Source: an uncultured Bacteroidales bacterium (lineage in GTDB: Bacteria > Bacteroidota > Bacteroidia > Bacteroidales > JAADJA01). From it: a stretch of 64,000 nt of DNA. Below are positions 30,930 to 40,576 of this stretch, in pieces; positions within the stretch are counted from its first letter, which is position 1, and every line of letters begins with the position of its first letter. Where the stretch lies: assembly GCA_963840975.1 (NCBI GenBank), contig CAWJBC010000007.1, positions 20,136 to 84,135 on the forward strand, in the 5' to 3' direction. A program made the position numbers and the translations under genes. The notes below the pieces were generated by a model, which was given only the letters and a program-made list of their open reading frames with translations, ran no database searches and was not told where the DNA came from.

Positions 30930-31697
30930 ATGGAAACAAAACCGTTATTGATTGAATTGAAAAATATCCATGCAGGCTATAACGGAGAAGTTATAGTTAA
31001 AAATGCCAACTTTGGAGTTCGCCAAAATGATTTCATTGGCATAATAGGTCCAAATGGCGGAGGTAAAACTACCCTGATAAAAGTTATTTTGGGTTTAATA
31101 AAACCCCGCAGCGGTGAAGTTATATACCATACTCTGACCGATGAATCAGATTATTTAATTGGTTATTTGCCTCAGGTTCATATTATTGATAGAAAATTTC
31201 CTATTTCCGTAAGAGAAGTGGTACTTTCGGGCTACATGAATAAAAAACGCATGTTCCGGCGGTTTTCGAAAGAAGAAAAGGAAAATGCCAACCTGCAGAT
31301 GGAAAAAATGGGAATTGATAGCCTACAAAAAAAGCCAATAGGTGAACTTTCAGGTGGTCAGATGCAACGGGTGTTTTTGTGCCGTTCCATTGTATCTTCA
31401 CCTAAACTGCTGATTCTGGATGAGCCAAATAATAATGTTGACAACAAATTTGAAAGTGATCTTTACACGGCACTTCGTAAGCTTAACGAATCAATGGCTA
31501 TCATGATCGTATCGCACGACATCGGCATCATTTCGACCTATATTAAAACAATTATCTGCGTTAACAGAGATGTGCATTACCACAACTCCAACATTATTGA
31601 CGAATCGCAACTTATGGCTTATAACTGCCCGATACAACTCATTACGCATGGTGAAGTTCCGCATACCGTATTAAAAACTCATGTTCACGAACATTAA
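30930..31697 (+). CDS. znuC: Metal ABC transporter ATP-binding protein, ZnuC-like
   Basis: Walker A GPNGGGKTT, signature LSGGQMQR, Walker B LLILDEP. Confidence 0.85.
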   Translation: METKPLLIELKNIHAGYNGEVIVKNANFGVRQNDFIGIIGPNGGGKTTLIKVILGLIKPRSGEVIYHTLTDESDYLIGYLPQVHIIDRKFPISVREVVLSGYMNKKRMFRRFSKEEKENANLQMEKMGIDSLQKKPIGELSGGQMQRVFLCRSIVSSPKLLILDEPNNNVDNKFESDLYTALRKLNESMAIMIVSHDIGIISTYIKTIICVNRDVHYHNSNIIDESQLMAYNCPIQLITHGEVPHTVLKTHVHEH

Positions 31698-31714
31698 GAA
31701 TAACAGGAAAAACA

Positions 31715-32524
31715 ATGGTTGAACTTTTTAGCTATAATTTTTTTCAGAATGCAATGATCGCTTCCCTACTCACCAGCATTTCCTGTGGTATCATTGGAAC
31801 GTACATCGTTACGAAAAGAATTGTATTTATCAGCGGAGGAATAACACATGCATCTTTTGGCGGTATTGGTCTTGGTTATTTTATAGGAGTCAACCCAGTT
31901 ATCAGCGCCATTATTTTCAGTGTTTTATCTGCTGTCGGGATTGAATTTCTATCAAAGAAAACGGAGGTTCGCGAAGATTCGGCGATTGCCATCATGTGGT
32001 CGTTTGGAATGGCAATTGGAATTATTTTTATTTTTCTTTCACCCGGATATGCACCCAATCTTATGAACTATTTGTTTGGAAGTATCCTTACGGTTTCAGC
32101 CTTAGATATCTACCTCTCGCTTTCTCTTTCCCTCATAATATCAGCGTTTTTTCTCCTCTTCTTTAAAACCATACTGTTTATCTCATTTGATGAAGAGTTT
32201 GCACGAACGCGAAAAATGGGAGTTCAGTTGATGAACTACATACTGATCAGCTTCGTTGCTCTCACGATAGTTCTCAGCATAAAAGTTGCGGGAATTATAC
32301 TTGTAATTTCATTGCTGACCATTCCACAGGTTACTGCCAATCTTTTCTTTAAAGAATTCAGGAAGATTGTATTTGCTTCAGTGATATTGGGATTTATTGG
32401 TTCTATCGGCGGTCTTCTTGTATCTTACTACCTTAATATACCTTCAGGTGCATCTATTATTTTTTTGCTGGTAATCCTGTTTATAACCTTGAGAATTGTA
32501 AAGTTTTTCATCATCAAAAAATAA
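31715..32524 (+). CDS. znuB: Metal ABC transporter permease, ZnuB-like
   Basis: 269-aa polytopic protein of the ABC-3 family type, immediately after the ATPase gene. Confidence 0.85.
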   Translation: MVELFSYNFFQNAMIASLLTSISCGIIGTYIVTKRIVFISGGITHASFGGIGLGYFIGVNPVISAIIFSVLSAVGIEFLSKKTEVREDSAIAIMWSFGMAIGIIFIFLSPGYAPNLMNYLFGSILTVSALDIYLSLSLSLIISAFFLLFFKTILFISFDEEFARTRKMGVQLMNYILISFVALTIVLSIKVAGIILVISLLTIPQVTANLFFKEFRKIVFASVILGFIGSIGGLLVSYYLNIPSGASIIFLLVILFITLRIVKFFIIKK

Positions 32525-32705
32525 CTTTTTTACCATCAACTACTCCTTTCCATAAATATCCCGCTTACCCGTTAATCTTTATCCTAAAAACTTCAAAATA
32601 AACCAGCGGGACTGAAACTTTAGTTCTACAAAAATGTATAAACCATATATTTATACATGAATATAGTTTTTGTCAACTAAACTCGGTTTTTAAAAGTTTT
32701 AGATA

Positions 32706-33755
32706 ATGAAAAGGCTCCTTTACTACATATCTGTCATCACCTTTATACTCCTGATGTTACCCTGTATCGGGCACTCGCAGGAAGCATACTACAGCCAGTA
32801 TTATAATGCGCCTACTTACTATAATCCTGCTATGACCGGGTTGAATCAGGGTCTTAATATAAGGATTGATTACAGGGATCAATGGCCTCAGTACAGCGAT
32901 GACCTGAAGACATACGGTTTTTCGATGGATATTGCCGAGAGGTTTATGCCGGGAGCAGGTGGACTTGGAATTATTTTTAACACCAACAAAGAAGGCACAG
33001 GCTTCATCCGTCGGAATATGATCGGTGCATTGGCATCAGCAAGAATAAAGATTAACAGATATTGGGTAAGCCAGGTAGGTTTTATGGCAGCCTACGTTCA
33101 AAAGAAAATAGATGACAACGACTTCATCTGGAGCGACCAGTTGGATGATAAACACGGGCTTCTTTACCCTCAATCTTCATTTACGGGATTTCCGGATAAT
33201 AATATTTCCTATCCAGATTTAAGTCTTGGTGGGGTGCTGAACTATGAAAAGAGGTACATGGTAGCAAACATCGGATTTGCTATGCACCATGTTACCCGTC
33301 CCAATGAATCGTTTTCAAACCTTGAGTTCAGGCTTGACCGGAAGTATGTAGTTCAAGCTGACATGGTTATTTCGCAAATGAGCAACCCTAAAAAGGGTTT
33401 CAAATTCAATCCCGGAATTATGTACGAATATATGTCTGGATTTCACACCTTTACATTAGGATCAAATATTGCAAAATCCGTTCTTTATGCAGGTATATGG
33501 TATCGAAACAAACAGTCGCAGATTTACAATTACCAGGCTTTGATCCTGGTTACGGGATTGAATATTCCGATGGTTAATCAGTATTCGCGAATGAAGCTAA
33601 TGTATAGCTATGATCTTGGTTTATCTTCAATGCAGGGAACTGGCGGTGCGCATGAAATCACCCTTCGTTTTGAGTTTGATCAGATTCATCTGTTCAAGAG
33701 TAGATCTTCTTTTGCCGATGATTACCCGGTTATCTTTGATCCACTGATATTTTAA
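32706..33755 (+). CDS. PorP/SprF-family type IX secretion membrane protein
   Basis: Signal peptide then the family hallmark QEAYYSQYYNAPTYYNPAMTG. Beta-barrel-like alternating pattern through to the C-terminal F. Confidence 0.8.
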   Translation: MKRLLYYISVITFILLMLPCIGHSQEAYYSQYYNAPTYYNPAMTGLNQGLNIRIDYRDQWPQYSDDLKTYGFSMDIAERFMPGAGGLGIIFNTNKEGTGFIRRNMIGALASARIKINRYWVSQVGFMAAYVQKKIDDNDFIWSDQLDDKHGLLYPQSSFTGFPDNNISYPDLSLGGVLNYEKRYMVANIGFAMHHVTRPNESFSNLEFRLDRKYVVQADMVISQMSNPKKGFKFNPGIMYEYMSGFHTFTLGSNIAKSVLYAGIWYRNKQSQIYNYQALILVTGLNIPMVNQYSRMKLMYSYDLGLSSMQGTGGAHEITLRFEFDQIHLFKSRSSFADDYPVIFDPLIF

Positions 33756-34761
33756 TTTTATTCCTCAATCTTCCGTCTATAATTTCGATTTTTTTGAGAG
33801 CCTGCTGCTCCAGGATTGGAACAGCAAGGGAAGAAAAAAGAACGCTGATCATCGTAATCAAAATATAAATTCACTTCAAAGAAAATAAATCATCCGTCAA
33901 TTTCAGTTCCAGAGCTTTAAAAAGTTTCATCCCCGGCTCATGTCCATATTCAATCCCAGCAAAGGTTCACTCTAATTCTCATCCAAAAAACGAAATACCA
34001 GCAGTGAGACAATCAATAAAACCCAATAGAGATGTGATGTCGGGGAAACCTGCAATTGATAAATGTAAAGAACTTGATACATGATAGAAATTACTTTTGA
34101 GATGATCAATTTTCCATGCCAGAGTGCCAGCAGGTACAATTTTGACAAAGAGATTATATACTCGACAATTGCCCTCTCTTATGTATCTAAACTGAAAAAT
34201 GGGTTAAGGCATAGGTAAAGAAGTCTGCCCGACGCTGGCGTGCGGGCCGGGGTATTATAAGTAAAAGGTAAAGGATAAGTAAAAACCTACCCATAACCTT
34301 TTCCGAAACTGGCCGCCTGATCACCTGCAGGCGAGGCTGGCATCCTAACCCTGCCCTCTCACTTTTATCCGATTATATCTTAAATTATTAATCCCGGTGT
34401 TATTTAATTAAACTGAGGGACCTAATACTATCTTCACGAATTGCTTTAATCATTTTGTCAAAGCTTCTTTGTATTCAAGAGGTTCCGGGCTACCAATTTT
34501 CTGCGCCTCCTCTAAAAAGATATGATCTAAGAGGAGCACCAGTACTTAAAGTCTTCCTCTTTGTTAAATTACCGGCAAGAAGCGTTGCTTTCTCAAATTT
34601 AATTTCCGGCGATTTAACGATTACAGAATTTTATCTATTGGGGAATTCTAAAATCAAACAATTGCAATTAGGATGAATTGGATAGGAAGTAAATATTCCG
34701 GAAAATAGTATTACAATAAAGATTGCGTAAGCCAATACCTGTCCGGTTAATGTGCCCTGAA

Positions 34762-37700
34762 TTATTTGATAAGTGTAACAGTTCCGTTGGTCTGCGGGTT
34801 ATCATACTGAAAATCTGACCCTTTCCACTCGGTTCCATCTCTGAACATACCATAGGCTCTCCAAACATACATCCCTTCGGGCATAAGCAACCCGTTGTAA
34901 TAACCGTCCCAGCTTTCGACAGGGCTGCCATTTTCGTCTAACAATTCAGACTCCCAAACCAGGTTGCCTTTGAGGTCGAATACCTCAACACTGTATTGTT
35001 CTAAATTAACCCCTTTTGGAACAAACCGGCTGATTTCTTCATTTGAATTATTGGGTGAGAAGGCAGTGGGGAAATACAATCCTCTGAAAAATACTGACAA
35101 ATCGTGTCTGCTGGTATCAGAACATCCATATTCATTAAAGGAAATAAGAGTAATGGTGTAAGTGCTGTCGAATTCATAAACCTCTATGGGATCCTCAACA
35201 CTGGAAGTGTGACCATTCCCAAAATCCCATAAATAACTCGTAGCATAAATTGAGGAATTGGAGAACAAAGTCCGTCCCTGAACTCCGGTGTAATTAGAGG
35301 TTAAGGCAAATTCGCTGTAAGGTATAGGGTAAACAATGAAAGTTTTATCAACCTTTCTGGTACAACCATAAGAAGAAGCCTCCATTGTTACATGATAGAC
35401 ATCAATATGTGTATAAACGTATGAGGGAGTCTCTGACGATGAAGTGTCAATACCCGGATGATACTGGTCGTTAAAATTCCAAAGCCAATCGGTAATTTCT
35501 ATATCAGACTCGGTGTGAATGAAATAAGCCGGAGAGTTGACACAAGCATTTTCAATGGCAAAATCAACATTAGGCGCTATGGTAACTTTAGCCATAATGG
35601 TATCAGCATTCTGACAGAAATGAGCTGTACTGATGGTTAGGATTACCTGATAGTCTCTGATACTGTCATATACATAACTTGGATTCTGCAGGAATGAACT
35701 TCCGCCATCTCCAAAATCCCAATACCACTCATTTATAACATCTCCATCAATGGAATAGGACGAATCAACAAAATTGATCGGTTGTCCCAAACATGCCACC
35801 AAATGAACAGTATCAATTTCGGCGACTGGAGGATTGAAAACGGTTACCTGCTTTATAATTGAATCGGTTGAGACCAATCCATTTAATGTACCGGTTGTTA
35901 TAAAGGTCACATCATATATTCCCGGAATATCATAATGATGGTAAATTGAATCAACCTTTTGGTAGTATAGTGTATCTGTACCATCGCCAAAATCCCAGTA
36001 CCATGAAATAAAATCAGCCGAAACCATTGTATAAGAACTGTCATGCAAGTATACATCTTCACCCGAACAAACATCAAGGTTCCAAAAGTTTGCATTTATA
36101 GCAGTCCCTACATATATTGATTTCAATGTATCGTGCTCTCCGCCAAAATGATCAGTAATTTTTAAGAAAACGTCATAAAATCCTTCGCTTGGATAAGTGT
36201 ATATAGGATTTTGAATTCCGCTTATGGTATCGTCTGTCACAATCGGATCTCCGAAATCCCAGTACCAATTGATAATCTGCGACTCGGTATAGGAAACATC
36301 CGTAAACTGTATAGATAGCCCTGAACCAACAGAATAGTCGAAATCTGCATGTGGAAGAGCCGTTACCACGATAGTATGGCACAAAGTATCGGCACAACCT
36401 TGCACATTGGTTACAATAAGGCAAATTTCATAATTGCCAGAATTAATATAGGTGTGTGTTACCGGGTTAGGATTGATTAAAGTAACGCCATCTCCGAAGC
36501 TCCAGGACGTTGTCAATATCGGGGTTCCGTGTGCAACAGAATTATCAACAATGTTAAGCAGGGTTCCTGCCGCTATGGTATCGGGGATGGTAAATGCCGC
36601 CTCTGGAATTGAATCAACAATCACAGATTTTAATTTTAAGCTGGTGCAACCATTTATGTTTTCAACCGACAGTGTTACCTGGTAATTTCCTTCAGCAGTA
36701 AACAAATGGCTAGGTTCAAATAAGGACGAAGTGTTGTTGATACCGGAGGCAAGATCATCAAAATACCATGACCAACTTAAAATCTCTATATTATTTGTAT
36801 CAGAAGTGTTTTCAAATAGAGTAATTTCATTGAAACATGTTTGGCTCGAAACAAAATTGGCTACTGGCGGATAATCAACGATTAAAGTATCTGTTTCTGA
36901 AACGGCAATACAACCAATTGAATTTTCAACTGTGAGGGTAACATAATATTCTCCTGGATTTGAATAAGTGTAGCACGGATTTTTTAGGCTGGAAGAGTTG
37001 CCGTCGCCAAAATCCCAATCCCAGCTAATGATAATACCTGACCCAGGCAAAGACCCGTCGTAAAAGCATGTCTGAACCCCAACACAAGCAGGATCATGGG
37101 TAAATTGGGCGACAGGATCATAAAAGCTTACAACATCTTCAGAAAAGTCCTCACATCCTGATTCGTGTGTTACGGTAAGTGTAACTTCATGGTCGCCTGC
37201 ATCTGCAAACAAATGAATGGGATTTTGTTCAGTTGAAGTCGTGTTGTCATCAAACCACCACAAATAACTTAATGTACCGTATGTAACCTGCGATTCATTG
37301 TTAAACTGGAACTCCCCGCAATTTCCGGTCAATTCATAAGTAAAACCTGCTACAGGAATGAAATAATTGACTTCATTGGTAACTGATTCAGCGCATCCGT
37401 TTTCGTGGGTGATTGTAAGTGTAACGATGTATATATCAGGATTTGAATAAGTATGTAATGGGTTTTGAACATCTGATGTAGGAGATCCATCGCCAAAATC
37501 CCAAAGCCATTCATCAATACTTCCTGAATTTGATGTTGATTCATCAGTAAACTGAAAAGTTTCACAATCGGAAGAAAAAATGAAATCAGCAATTGGTTGA
37601 ACGATGCTTACTGTAACTGTATAAATATCCTGTTGGTTTGTTTCTGAATCCAAAACCGTAAGCGAAACATCATAGACATTATAGTCCGAAAAAGTATGGG

Positions 37701-37953
37701 TTGGATTGGTTTGTGAGGATGTGTTATTGGGTCCTGAAGCCGGATCGCCAAAGTCCCACAAATACTCGGTAATGGAAGCTCCGCCTGAAGCAGAGGAGGC
37801 ATCAGTAAATTCAAAATCCAGACAACTCTGGATATAAGTAAAGTCAGCCGTGACCGTTTGACTGTTTGCCCGACTGACAAATAGAATAATCAATAAACCA
37901 ATAATTGTTGTTTTCAAAATACCTGAAAGTTTACGCATCGCTTCCTTCATCAT
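34762..37953 (-). CDS. PKD-repeat surface protein with T9SS type-B (gliding-motility CHU_C) C-terminal domain
   Basis: About 11 PKD-like units (W.FGDG..S....P.H.Y...G.Y.V.L.V). C-terminus LYFPTAFSPNN...VEVFDLKGNLVWES...WDGYYNG..MPEGMYVW matches the type-B sorting domain. Confidence 0.8.
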   Translation of the reverse strand: MMKEAMRKLSGILKTTIIGLLIILFVSRANSQTVTADFTYIQSCLDFEFTDASSASGGASITEYLWDFGDPASGPNNTSSQTNPTHTFSDYNVYDVSLTVLDSETNQQDIYTVTVSIVQPIADFIFSSDCETFQFTDESTSNSGSIDEWLWDFGDGSPTSDVQNPLHTYSNPDIYIVTLTITHENGCAESVTNEVNYFIPVAGFTYELTGNCGEFQFNNESQVTYGTLSYLWWFDDNTTSTEQNPIHLFADAGDHEVTLTVTHESGCEDFSEDVVSFYDPVAQFTHDPACVGVQTCFYDGSLPGSGIIISWDWDFGDGNSSSLKNPCYTYSNPGEYYVTLTVENSIGCIAVSETDTLIVDYPPVANFVSSQTCFNEITLFENTSDTNNIEILSWSWYFDDLASGINNTSSLFEPSHLFTAEGNYQVTLSVENINGCTSLKLKSVIVDSIPEAAFTIPDTIAAGTLLNIVDNSVAHGTPILTTSWSFGDGVTLINPNPVTHTYINSGNYEICLIVTNVQGCADTLCHTIVVTALPHADFDYSVGSGLSIQFTDVSYTESQIINWYWDFGDPIVTDDTISGIQNPIYTYPSEGFYDVFLKITDHFGGEHDTLKSIYVGTAINANFWNLDVCSGEDVYLHDSSYTMVSADFISWYWDFGDGTDTLYYQKVDSIYHHYDIPGIYDVTFITTGTLNGLVSTDSIIKQVTVFNPPVAEIDTVHLVACLGQPINFVDSSYSIDGDVINEWYWDFGDGGSSFLQNPSYVYDSIRDYQVILTISTAHFCQNADTIMAKVTIAPNVDFAIENACVNSPAYFIHTESDIEITDWLWNFNDQYHPGIDTSSSETPSYVYTHIDVYHVTMEASSYGCTRKVDKTFIVYPIPYSEFALTSNYTGVQGRTLFSNSSIYATSYLWDFGNGHTSSVEDPIEVYEFDSTYTITLISFNEYGCSDTSRHDLSVFFRGLYFPTAFSPNNSNEEISRFVPKGVNLEQYSVEVFDLKGNLVWESELLDENGSPVESWDGYYNGLLMPEGMYVWRAYGMFRDGTEWKGSDFQYDNPQTNGTVTLIK

Positions 37954-38041
37954 CTCTATAATAAACTGAATAATAAGATTTTTCAGGTATACGATTCCCG
38001 GCAGATTTTGTTTGGAAGATTACCTATTATTTTCAAAAAAA

Positions 38042-39499
38042 TCAATCGCGCATGTTTAGCGATTTGTCGTAATTTTCGAGAAAGGGTATCAATTGTTCGG
38101 CTTTTAGGCGTTTAGCAATAATTTTCTTTTGTTCGTCTAATAGGAACAACATGGGAGTCATATTGATGTCGTAAAGGGTGTGATAATCGCGGGTAATGCT
38201 TCGGGTTCCATTTACATTAATCCAATCAAGCTTGTTTTGATTTATAAACTTTTTCCACTTTACAAGAGAGGTATCAGTACAGATGGCAAACACTTGTGCG
38301 CCAGTTTTTTGAGTTTCCATCCATTCATTTAATTCTTTGATCTCTTTTTTACAATGTCCGCAATCCGATTCATAAAACAAAACAATCAGGTATTTGGTAA
38401 TTATGTGATGCAGCGAAACAAACATTTCGGAAGTGTCAATTAATATCAGTTCGGGGGCTTTTTCGCCAATCAGGATTGGGCGTAGCGCATTTGCACGCTT
38501 AATCATGGTTTTTACAATAGATGAATCAGCCCAAAAAGCTTCGCCTCGAGCATAATAGGTGTCGGCAAGATGAACGAATATCTCATCGAATCCCATGATT
38601 TTTGACGTTTCAAATTTATAGGTGAGATACCATACCGAGTACTTAAAAATTTCTTTGCTGCCGCGGGTTTTATCAATGAAAGCATCAGCCGCAACAATGA
38701 TCGAATCGGGATTTTGATAGACTATTTCCTTGAAATAACGCTCCAATCTTTTGTGAAATAATGGGGTTCGCAAAAGGCGTTCATCCGAAAGGTTGAAATT
38801 ATCCCAGTAATGTGATTTGTAATACTGGTATTTGTAAACCGAATCTTCACGCCCGTTTGGAAGAATCGGGACATTCTTTACCTCCGGTTCCTGCATCGCC
38901 TTGAGCAACACCGAAACAAAACTCTCAGGATGCTGTTCGATGATCTTGTTTTGGAAATCATCGAGCGCATTGTTCAATTGCTCAATTTGTTTGCCGATGA
39001 TTCCAACGGAGTCAGGAGTAATTTGATTGTTCTTTTGTTCCTTTTGCAGTGACTCCATTTCTTTCCTCACCTTCATATTGTATTGAATAAAATCGAAGAA
39101 CAATACATTTTCCTCCGATCTGTCAAAATGCACATCTGACAATATATTGGAGATGTCGGTTGTTATAGAGAACGCCTGGGAACGGTCAATGAGGAACTCG
39201 ATATATTTGTTGTTTGATTCCCCGGCGATAATATAAACACCACCCGGTAAGGCACTATCACCTTCAAAAACAAATCTTCCCTTCTTATCAACCTTTGCAG
39301 TGTCGGTCAGGTAAGTTTTATCACCATAATAGTTTGCGAGGTAACATACGGTGTCTTTAATTCCGGTTATCTGAACTTTGATGTGATAACCACCATCCGT
39401 TAACAAAGGATTGGACTTTCCGCTGACCAAAAAACCAATCAAAGTCAACAGCAGTAAAAAGTAATTCAGATATATTTTTTGAAGTTTTTTATAATTCAT
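38042..39499 (-). CDS. TlpA/ResA-like thiol-disulfide oxidoreductase with N-terminal extension
   Basis: Signal/anchor segment. C-terminal thioredoxin fold with CGHC (LFYESDCGHCKKEI). Confidence 0.7.
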   Translation of the reverse strand: MNYKKLQKIYLNYFLLLLTLIGFLVSGKSNPLLTDGGYHIKVQITGIKDTVCYLANYYGDKTYLTDTAKVDKKGRFVFEGDSALPGGVYIIAGESNNKYIEFLIDRSQAFSITTDISNILSDVHFDRSEENVLFFDFIQYNMKVRKEMESLQKEQKNNQITPDSVGIIGKQIEQLNNALDDFQNKIIEQHPESFVSVLLKAMQEPEVKNVPILPNGREDSVYKYQYYKSHYWDNFNLSDERLLRTPLFHKRLERYFKEIVYQNPDSIIVAADAFIDKTRGSKEIFKYSVWYLTYKFETSKIMGFDEIFVHLADTYYARGEAFWADSSIVKTMIKRANALRPILIGEKAPELILIDTSEMFVSLHHIITKYLIVLFYESDCGHCKKEIKELNEWMETQKTGAQVFAICTDTSLVKWKKFINQNKLDWINVNGTRSITRDYHTLYDINMTPMLFLLDEQKKIIAKRLKAEQLIPFLENYDKSLNMRD

Positions 39500-39637
39500 A
39501 AACGGGATAAAAGTAAAGAAAAATGTAATTTTATTGCTGCCCTATTAACGAATCTATTAAATTATGATTGTTGATAACATTAACCGGACTTTTCACCTTC
39601 AGGAATTTATTTCCAACATCAGTTTATTAAACGTTTT

Positions 39638-39871
39638 GTGACTAATTAGTTTGCTAACAATCTCATATATGCTGGATTAAAAATCTTTGACGTGGTATAG
39701 GGGTATACAAGTATAATGGGAAAAAGTGTTATGGATAAAGCAATCTGGTTAAAACGTATAAATTTAGATGTAAAAAACCAAAACCCTGTATTTCCACTAT
39801 TCCATTATACCCCTTCTTATTACAATGCTATGTGAAAAAAAATTTATGGTTAATAATTCACTGATTGGTTA
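39638..39871. ncRNA. Conserved ~235-nt structured intergenic element, copy A (candidate ncRNA/leader or hairpin repeat)
   Basis: It aligns along its whole length with 46534..46921. Shared blocks are GTGACTAAT, GCTGGATTAA, GTGGTATAGGGG, TAAAGCAATCTGGTTA, AACCAAAACCC, TATTACAA and ACTGATTGGTTA. The arms GGGGTATA / TATACCCC and ATAATGGGAAA / TTTCCACTAT can pair. It ends 62 nt before the ATG of the next gene. Confidence 0.45.
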
Positions 39872-39932
39872 GAACAATTTAAGATAATGCGTGTTTCCAT
39901 CATTAAGTCAAAATCTTATAAAATATAACGGT

Positions 39933-40346
39933 ATGGCAGAATTAAAAACCAAAGTCAACGAAAAGAGTGTAAATAAATTTATTGATGCAATCGAAGATTC
40001 AAAGAAAAGAAGTGATTGCCTGGAAATAATGAAGATGATGAGTAAAGAAACCCGTTCATTGCCTAAGATGTGGGGTGATTCTATTATCGGATTCGGAAAT
40101 TATCAATACAAATATGCAAGCGGGCGGGAGGGAGATTGGTTTATTATGGGATTCTCACCCCGGAAGCAAAACCTGACCCTGTATCTCATTTCGGGATTCG
40201 ACAAATATGATGAGCTTTTGAAAAATCTTGGAAAATTTAAAACCAGCAAGTCGTGCCTTTATATAAAAGGTTTGGAAGATGTCAACTTAGAAATACTAAG
40301 AGAGTTGATCAGTCAATCGGTGAAAGCAATGACTGAAAAGGAATAG
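39933..40346 (+). CDS. DUF1801 (YdhG-like) domain protein
   Basis: 137 aa from ATG 39933. The pattern KSVNKFIDAI...WGDSIIGFGNYQYKYASGREGDWFIMGFSPRKQNLTLY is typical of the family. Confidence 0.6.
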   Translation: MAELKTKVNEKSVNKFIDAIEDSKKRSDCLEIMKMMSKETRSLPKMWGDSIIGFGNYQYKYASGREGDWFIMGFSPRKQNLTLYLISGFDKYDELLKNLGKFKTSKSCLYIKGLEDVNLEILRELISQSVKAMTEKE

Positions 40347-40576
40347 TTCCAAATTAACAAAAACGTTTTCAATTCAGTTCACTAAAGAACAAGAGAACGA
40401 CAGAGAAATGCACAAATAACAGAGATGAACGATTTAGGCTGAACTGAGCAACCATGAAAGATATTCGCTATTCTATTGCTTATCTGACAAATAACAGTAC
40501 TTTTGCCGCACACAATCTTTTCCCGACAGAATCCCGGTTAATGCTTTCTTGACGGAATCTTAAAACAAGAGGTATT

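Noticed and set aside
34455-34931. ORFs 34455..34676 (+) and 34668..34931 (-) in or next to the spacer by the PKD gene
   Set aside because: They have no start context and no family resemblance. The second overlaps the 3' end of the PKD gene out of frame.
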